From NCBI GenBank assembly GCA_964016885.1, contig CAXHJY010001435.1, positions 1-41,037 of the forward strand: a stretch of 41,037 nucleotides of DNA, in the 5' to 3' direction. Positions 30,263-41,037 of the stretch are shown here, in pieces. How positions within the stretch are numbered: position 1 is the first letter of the stretch; every line of letters starts with the position of its first letter. Source of the DNA: Eledone cirrhosa (Eukaryota). The position numbers and the translations under genes are program-made. The notes below the pieces were generated by a model. That model was given only the letters and a program-made list of their open reading frames with translations. It was not told the DNA's origin and made no database searches.

Positions 30263-32490
30263 TGTTATTAATATGTCGCCTTCTGTTTGTCAGACAACGT
30301 TAGCGATCATTATAACAAATGGAGAGGGGGAACGATATATAGATCGAACAATGAGTACGAAGAAAAATAGTAAATACAATACCCTATAAAAAAAAACATT
30401 TGAACACATTTAATTAACGTAATTAATAATAACAATAAATCAATAAAACAAGACTAATGGTGTGTGAATGGCTTCTCACCTTCTGAAGAAGAAAAAGTAA
30501 TAATAGTTCTATGTAATGTATGTCTCCTACGACAACGCTCATAAACGGTTCCAATCTGGTAAAATCCCTCCTGGCTGCTACGCTGCTGGGCCGGCACTCC
30601 ACTGATAAACATCAATAACAATAGGGAGTGCTGCACTAAAGATGAGTGATAACAACGTTGACGATGACAGATGACAATGATATACAGGAAGAGGTTGAAT
30701 GATAATAGTGGTAGTGATGATGATGGTATATATGGGTATACTATATGTATGAGCTTGGTTGAATGATTGATTTATAGAAAGTGTAGTAGTAGTATTTTGT
30801 GTGTTTATTCTAAAAGGAGGGGGTGACGGGATGGGAGATTTAAAATTAAAAAAGATTAAAGAAAGAATGCACAGAAATAACAACGATGGTGATAAAAATA
30901 AAAACAGTGACAACTAAATTTGACAAAAATTAAAAAAGAGAAAATGACATTTCACGAAGTGTCAGAGACAAAGGTGAAGACAACAATAACATCAAATAAA
31001 AGGAAAAGGGACAGGGATGAGATGGGTAGTGATGTATGTATGTATGTATGTGTGTATGTGTATATGTGTATGTATATATATATGTGTGTGTATGTCACAT
31101 CAGTAATGTATGTGTGTATATGTATGTATATATATATATATTATGTATGTGTCACATCAGTAATGTGTGTGTACGGTAGAGAAAAATCAAGAAATGGATT
31201 GATCCACAGCGGCTTCCAAGAGAATCAAACACTGAATGACTGACTGAATGTGGCTCCGTTCGTTTATGTAGCAGTGACAATAGCATTTAAGGTGGCGGTG
31301 GTGAAGAGCAACGAGATATGAGAGAGTGGGAGTAAAGCAAAGAAGGAAAGAGCATGTGTGAGAGACATAGATAATGATACTGACAGTAGTAGAGATGAGG
31401 AAAAACAAAGGGAAATCAAAGATAGTAAGAATGTGTGTGTGTTTGTCAGTGTCTGCGAGATATAGGGACTTTCAGTGAAGTGGAGAATGGAGAAGTGAGA
31501 GGCAAATAATTTTCTTGCAATGTGGGAGTTGGAGGTGAGACAAACGGAAAGTAAAGAGTGAGACCGGGTCAGAGGGTGATTGGAATAGAAAACGAGAAAG
31601 AGAGTGAGTGAGTAAATAGCAAAGAGAGGGGAGGCCAAAAGAAGAAAAGTGACGGTAAGAGAAAAGTGACGGTAAGAGAAAATTGAAAGGCGGTAGATGG
31701 ATAGATAGGTAAATAGTTCTGAGAGGATGAAGAGTAAAAGAGAAAAATAGATATTCTGTTATGTGGAAGTAGGAGAGATAAAAAAAAAAAAAGGAGTAAA
31801 CACTATTAAAATATGAGGGGAGATTAAGAAAGAGGACGCAAAGGCAGTAAAGATATATTGATAATGTGAAAATAAATACGATAGAAAGAAAGGAGAGAAA
31901 GAGAAATAGAGTGGTTTTTTATTTACGCACAAATCAGCAATTTTGGGTAAGGGGGTGTCGATTAAATCGACCTCACTGCATTACTGGTGCTATATTTTAT
32001 CAACCCTGTAAGGAGAAATATAATGAAATCATGTTTATTAGGAAGAGCCGGTGAGGAAAAGAGAAAAGATGGTGAGTGAGAGATGGCATTAAGTATTTAA
32101 AGAGGGTGGACAATATAATAGACTAAAGTAATAAGAATAAAAACAGACAGATTTTACTTTAGGAGGAGGAAAGGAATAGAGAAGGTAAAAAAATACGAAA
32201 GAAAAAGAGTGAGTTAGTAGAGGAAAATCAGATGATAAAAAGAAAAGAGCAATGCAAAGAAAACAAGGGAGAGATAAAGAGAAGGAAAAAAATATGGGAG
32301 AGGGGAGATTGAAACAGAGTGTATATAAAATGGGGGGAAAAAGAGATAGATAATGATTTAGGACCAGCAAAATTTCAGACAGCGAAGTCAAACGAACAAG
32401 ACAAGGCATAACGGACGTAGATACATCATCTGTTCTGAGTGTTTGCGGAGGTGCTTCCATATTTTGGTGAACAGAAAGTTGTGAATAGAT

Positions 32491-32538
32491 TAAAAATGGA
32501 CGTTATATATATATATATATATATAACGTCCATTTTTA
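32491..32538. repeat. Perfect 48 bp palindrome centred on a (TA)n run
   Basis: taaaaatggacgt-(ta)n-acgtccattttta. Confidence 0.92.
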
Positions 32539-32764
32539 TTATATTTATATATATACTTAAATATAAGTATGTGTACGTACATACATATATGTATACAGAC
32601 GTACTGTAGTATGTATATATACATAAATGCACACATATATATGTACGTATGGATAAACCGAACACTTATTATAATGCTCGGTGTGTTTGTAAACAAACAT
32701 CCCGAATTAAGCGGTACAGTGTCTAGCAACCATCGTTGCTCATTTGTTCAACACTGACAAAGGA

Positions 32765-32807
32765 ACGCTGTACTACTTTCAAGCTTATTAGCTATCGTCA
32801 GCAACGT
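32765..32807 (-). ncRNA. Minimal type I hammerhead ribozyme within an element at ~32640-32938
   Basis: Minus strand: acgttg-CTGACGA-tagct aata agctt-GAAA-gtag-TA-cagcgt. 6 bp stem I; same AAUA loop and downstream gttcct as the 9982-10026 copy. Confidence 0.8.
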
Positions 32808-32937
32808 ATACCTTCCTGCCAGATGGTTGAACGTCTGAAAGTATATACTTTTCTTATGCATATTAACGGCTGAGCAGCCTAATTTGCATATCGAGTGAGT
32901 TAATTGGCTGGGGTACCGAAAACGATAAACGGAAAAA

Positions 32938-33060
32938 TATAATATATAATATATATAATATATAACTATATATAATATATAATATATATAATATATATAT
33001 AATATATAATATATATAATATATATATAATATATAATATATATGATATATAATATATGCA
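32938..33060. repeat. (TA)n/TAA microsatellite
   Basis: Direct read. Confidence 0.95.
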
Positions 33061-33143
33061 ATAGTTCTATTTAAAATTGTTGGGATACAACAAGTAAATA
33101 TTTTTATAACTGATATAAAGCACTCGACAAGTATTTGGAGTAG

Positions 33144-33489
33144 ATATACGATATTAATAAATGGAAACTATATTTATAAAACCATATTTATTTCATTATA
33201 CATATTTCAGGGATACCAAATTAAATTATGGTAGGCCTTCATCAGACAAAATACAATATATAACAGTTTTACAAATAAGCGTTGACGTACCCTATTAAAA
33301 TATCCGGATGACTTCCAAAAACAATGGTTGCATTTTAATAGGGTAAGTCAAAGATTATTTGTAAAACTGTTATATATTGTATTTTGTCTGATGAAGGCAT
33401 ACCATAATTAAATTTGGTATCCCTGAAATATGTATAATGAAATAAATATGGTTTTATAAATATAGTTTCCATTTATTAATATCGTATAT
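33144..33489. repeat. Fold-back inverted repeat (arms 33144-33301 / 33332-33489), each arm carrying a hammerhead core followed by AATAAA
   Basis: 158 bp arms with few mismatches and a 30 nt spacer. Confidence 0.95.
33380..33446 (+). ncRNA. Hammerhead core, right arm (mirror copy on the - strand at ~33187-33253)
   Basis: CTGATGA(33388)-aggcatacca taattaaatt tggtatccct-GAAA(33425)-tatg-TA, then AATAAA at 33441. Stem I pairing is poor. Confidence 0.65.
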
Positions 33490-33849
33490 ATATAATATAA
33501 ATATATATATATATAATATAAATATAATATATATATAATATATATATATAATATATATAATATATATATATAATATAAATATAATATATATAATATATAT
33601 ATATAATATAAATATAATATATATATATATATAATATAAATATAATATATATATATATAATATAAATATAATATATATATATATAATATATATATATATA
33701 TAATATAAATATATATATATATAATATAAATATATATATAATATATATATAATATAAACATATATATAATATAAACATATATATAATATAAATATATATA
33801 TAATATAAACATATATATAATATAAATATATATATAATATAAACATATA
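33490..33849. repeat. (TA)n/TAA/TAAACA microsatellite
   Basis: Direct read. Confidence 0.96.
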
Positions 33850-34716
33850 GAGGGTGCTCTGAAAGTACTGTAGCTAGAGTCAGAACTGGTTGGAAAAAGT
33901 TCAGAGAGCTTATACCACTATTAGCCGCTAAAGGGTTCTCCCTAAAAATGAAAGGCAGGTTGTACGATGCCTGCATACGAACAGCAATGTTGCATGGTAG
34001 TGAGACCTGGGCATTGTGTGCAGACTAGAGAGGAACGAAGCTTGCATGCTCCGCTGGATGTGTAACAGTAATATACGTGAACGGCAAAGCATAAACGAAC
34101 TAAGGAAAAAATTAGAGATAAGAGGGATCAGATGTTGTTTACTCGAGAGAGGGCTGCGTTGGTATGGACACGTGATGCGCATGAAAGTCGATAGCTGTAT
34201 AACAAAGTGCAGGGCAATAAAGATAGACGGTAGCCACGGAATAGGCAGACCTAGAAAAACATGGGATGAGCTGATAAACTCCGACCTCACACACTTACAC
34301 CTCTCCAAGACAATGTCACTGGACCGAGATCTTTGGCGGTACTCAGTAACAGAGAAGACCCACCTTGCCAGTAGGCATCTCTAACAAAATACACCCCGTC
34401 CCGCCACCAACCCCACCCCATCCACACCACCCCGTTCTATGTAAAGTTATGTTGGTGCCGCGCCATCCAGGCCGAAACAAATGAGATCGTGTAGGTGTCA
34501 CGACAAAAAAACACAGTCCACGCTGTAATGTGGCCGTGTAGGCAACACGGTAAAAACCTCCCAGACCCACACTGTAAATGTGGTTGGTGTTAGGAAGGGC
34601 ATCCAACTGTAGAAAACCTGCCAGACAGTCCTATGCGAGCAAGACAATTACCCCCGTCCAAACCCATGCAAGCGTGGAACACGGACGTTAAACGTTGATG
34701 ATGTTGATGATGATGA
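33850..34716 (+). mobile_element. RTE-clade LINE 3' fragment (copy 3) with (GAT)n tail
   Basis: Near-identical to 1295-2113; short deletion near 34020 causes a frameshift. Confidence 0.92.
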
Positions 34717-34871
34717 TATAATATAAATATATACATAATATATATATACATATATATATATACTATAAATATATATATAATATATATATACATATATATA
34801 TATACATATAATATATATATATATACATATATATATACTATATACATATATACATATATATATATATATAC

Positions 34872-34902
<31 letters not shown>

Positions 34903-34995
34903 CTATATATATATATACATATATATATACATATAATATATATACATATAATATATATATATATACATATATATATACTATATACATATATACAT
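34717..34995. repeat. (TA)n microsatellite
   Basis: Direct read. Confidence 0.96.
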
Positions 34996-35347
34996 GGAGG
35001 CACATGGCTTAGTGGTTAGAGCATTGGCCTTGCAATCGAAAGGTTGTGAGTTCAATTCTCAGACCGGGTGATGTGTTGTTTCCTTGAGCAAGACACTTTA
35101 TTTCACATTGCTCCAGTTTACTCAGCTGTAGAAATGAGATGATAGGGACTGGAGTCCCTATCATTCCACTGCAAAGTGGTCGTGGAGGTGCCACGGCAAA
35201 AAAGCACCCAGCACTCACTGTAAATGAGGTTGGTGTTAGGAAGGGCATCCAGCTGTAGAAATCAAGCCAGAATCAGTTCCCGTCCCACCCTTGCAAGCAG
35301 GGAAAAAGCGGACGTAAAATGAAATGATGATAAAATGAAATGATGAT
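34996..35347 (+). mobile_element. tRNA-derived SINE with RTE-derived 3' tail
   Basis: A box tggcttagtgg, B box gagttcaattc, central ccttgagcaagacacttt, tail aagggcatccagctgtagaaa...ggacgtaaaatga..tgatga. Confidence 0.88.
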
Positions 35348-39318
<3,971 letters not shown>

Positions 39319-39512
39319 ACGAAGGAAATGTGGTAAGGAACCAGGTGGACCATAACGCACCAAAGTACTCAATACTTGAGGTAGTAGAGTGGGTAATAGG
39401 AACCAGTAAGACCCCGACAGCTGAGCTCAAGCCGTTTCGACGGCTAATTCTGGACGCGAATTAGCCGTCGAAACGGCTTGATCTCAGCTGTCGGGGTCTT
39501 ACTGGTTCCTAT
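39319..39512 (+). other. Short island ending in a 55 bp-arm hairpin (39396-39450 / 39458-39512) that contains the 3' half of a hammerhead
   Basis: One mismatch between arms. Right arm GAAA-cggct tgatctc agctg-TC-gggg gives stem III plus a GUC site; no CUGANGA box present. Confidence 0.75.
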
Positions 39513-39866
39513 ATACTATATATATATATATATATATACTATATATATATATATACTATATATATATATATATATATATACTATATATATATATATACTA
39601 TATATATATATATATATATATATACTATATATATATATATACTATATATATATATATATATACTATATATATATATATATACTATACTATATATATATAC
39701 TATATATATATATATATATATACTATATATATATACTATATATATATACTATATATATATACTATATATACTATATATATATACTATATATATATACTAT
39801 ATATATATATATATACTATATATATATATATATATATATATACTATATATATATACTATATATATA

Positions 39867-39908
<42 letters not shown>

Positions 39909-40114
39909 TATATTACTATATATATATATATATATACTATATATATATACTATATATATATACTATATATATACTATATATATATATATAATATAAATAT
40001 ATATATAATATATATATATACTATATATATACTATATATAAATATATATATACTATATATATATATATATATAATATAAATATATATATAATATAAATAT
40101 ATATATAATATATA
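39513..40114. repeat. (TA)n/TAC microsatellite
   Basis: Direct read. Confidence 0.97.
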
Positions 40115-40115
40115 A

Positions 40116-41037
40116 GAGCTAATGATATGTGGTCCAAGAGAACCAACAGAGACAAAACCACCAAGAAGCTCCGGGACGCTATCCAACCTTAACTTCTACA
40201 AGGCTAACTGGAAAAAGATTAAGAGTGAAATCCGGAAGCAAACATGGAGTGAAAACATCGCCACACAAGACACTAACACACAATTTCAACACTTCATGAC
40301 AACGATACACACCATATGCAAAAAGTGTGTCCCGGAGAAAGAGGCAAACAGACACAAAAATCTTATTCCCAGAGATAGGAAAATCCTTATGAGACGTAGA
40401 ACTAAACTCTCAAACCAGTTGAATAGTCAACAAAACCAAAACAAGAAGGAATCCTATTTGAAACGTGCACTACTTGACACCGAGATTGCACTCAAGCTTT
40501 CACATGAGAATGAGAGGGCAAGGAAAGAGAACAGGGCCATAGAAAACATTAAAACAAACCCTAAGGCCTTCTTTAAATTTGCAAAAGAAACTGCCTCAGT
40601 ACACTGCAAGATTGGACCACTCTTCCACACGGACGGTTCATTAACCGAAAATCCCCAAGAGATATGTGAAATACTGAACGAACAGTACAAAAGTGTCTTC
40701 ACATGTCCACTGAGGCACATGCAAATAACGAAGCCAGAGGAGTTCTTTGATGCCACAACACTACATCAAGAAATGGCAACCATCAACCACATAGACATAA
40801 CGGAGGAGGATGTGGTGTACGCCATTGATGAAATTAGAACAGACTCGGCTGCTGGACCTGATGGATTCCCAGCAGTTCTCCTAAAAATATGTAAGCGGGC
40901 CTTAGCAACTCCACTGAAGATGCTCTTCAGAAGCTCCTTGGCTAGCGGTGTACTACCCAGGGAGCTGAAAGAAGACACAATATGCCCTATCCATAAAGGA
41001 GGTAGTAGAGCGGAGGCCAAGAACTATAGGCCAGTCT
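40116..41037 (+). mobile_element. CR1/L2-group LINE ORF2 (linker and RT N-terminus), 5'-truncated, running off the window end
   Basis: Frame from 40116: LNFYKANWKKIK..IKTNPKAFFKFAK..AAGPDGFPAVLLK..ICPIHKGGSRAEAKNYRPV. It has no stop before the window edge, which is probably why it is missing from the ORF track. Confidence 0.92.

Noticed and set aside
31645-31682. Short direct repeats (also 26324-26370 and 31094-31165), considered as CRISPR-like
   Set aside because: Only two units each, no repeat-spacer array, eukaryotic context; simple slippage duplications.
34996-35070. tRNA gene
   Set aside because: A and B boxes run into a SINE body and LINE tail; no proper acceptor stem or terminator.

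Overview
Eukaryotic, very AT-rich, repeat-dominated window with no recognisable host protein-coding exon. The repeat make-up suggests a cephalopod such as Octopus, but this is inference from remembered SINE/LINE motifs, not a database match. About half of the window is imperfect (TA)n microsatellite (1-14150 and 32940-40115); the Tyr/Ile-rich ORFs in the track are artefacts of these arrays. Retroelement pieces sit in and between the arrays: RTE 3' fragments, two copies of an internally deleted RTE derivative, two CR1/L2-type LINE fragments, an Ingi/Vingi-like fragment, a CRE-like fragment, tRNA-SINEs and MITEs. The main result is a cluster of hammerhead ribozyme (HHR) motifs: six complete CUGANGA...GAAA...UH cores, one degenerate core and one mirrored half-core, all in short non-coding islands in or beside TA arrays. 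Three islands (9690-10188, ~14470-14810, ~32640-32938) have diverged in sequence but share one layout: an ATGCAAAT hairpin, a TATA-containing hairpin, then a long stem enclosing a minimal type I HHR. Three others (645-979, 33144-33489, 39396-39512) are fold-back palindromes built on or around HHR motifs. All structures were folded by eye, and no activity is shown.
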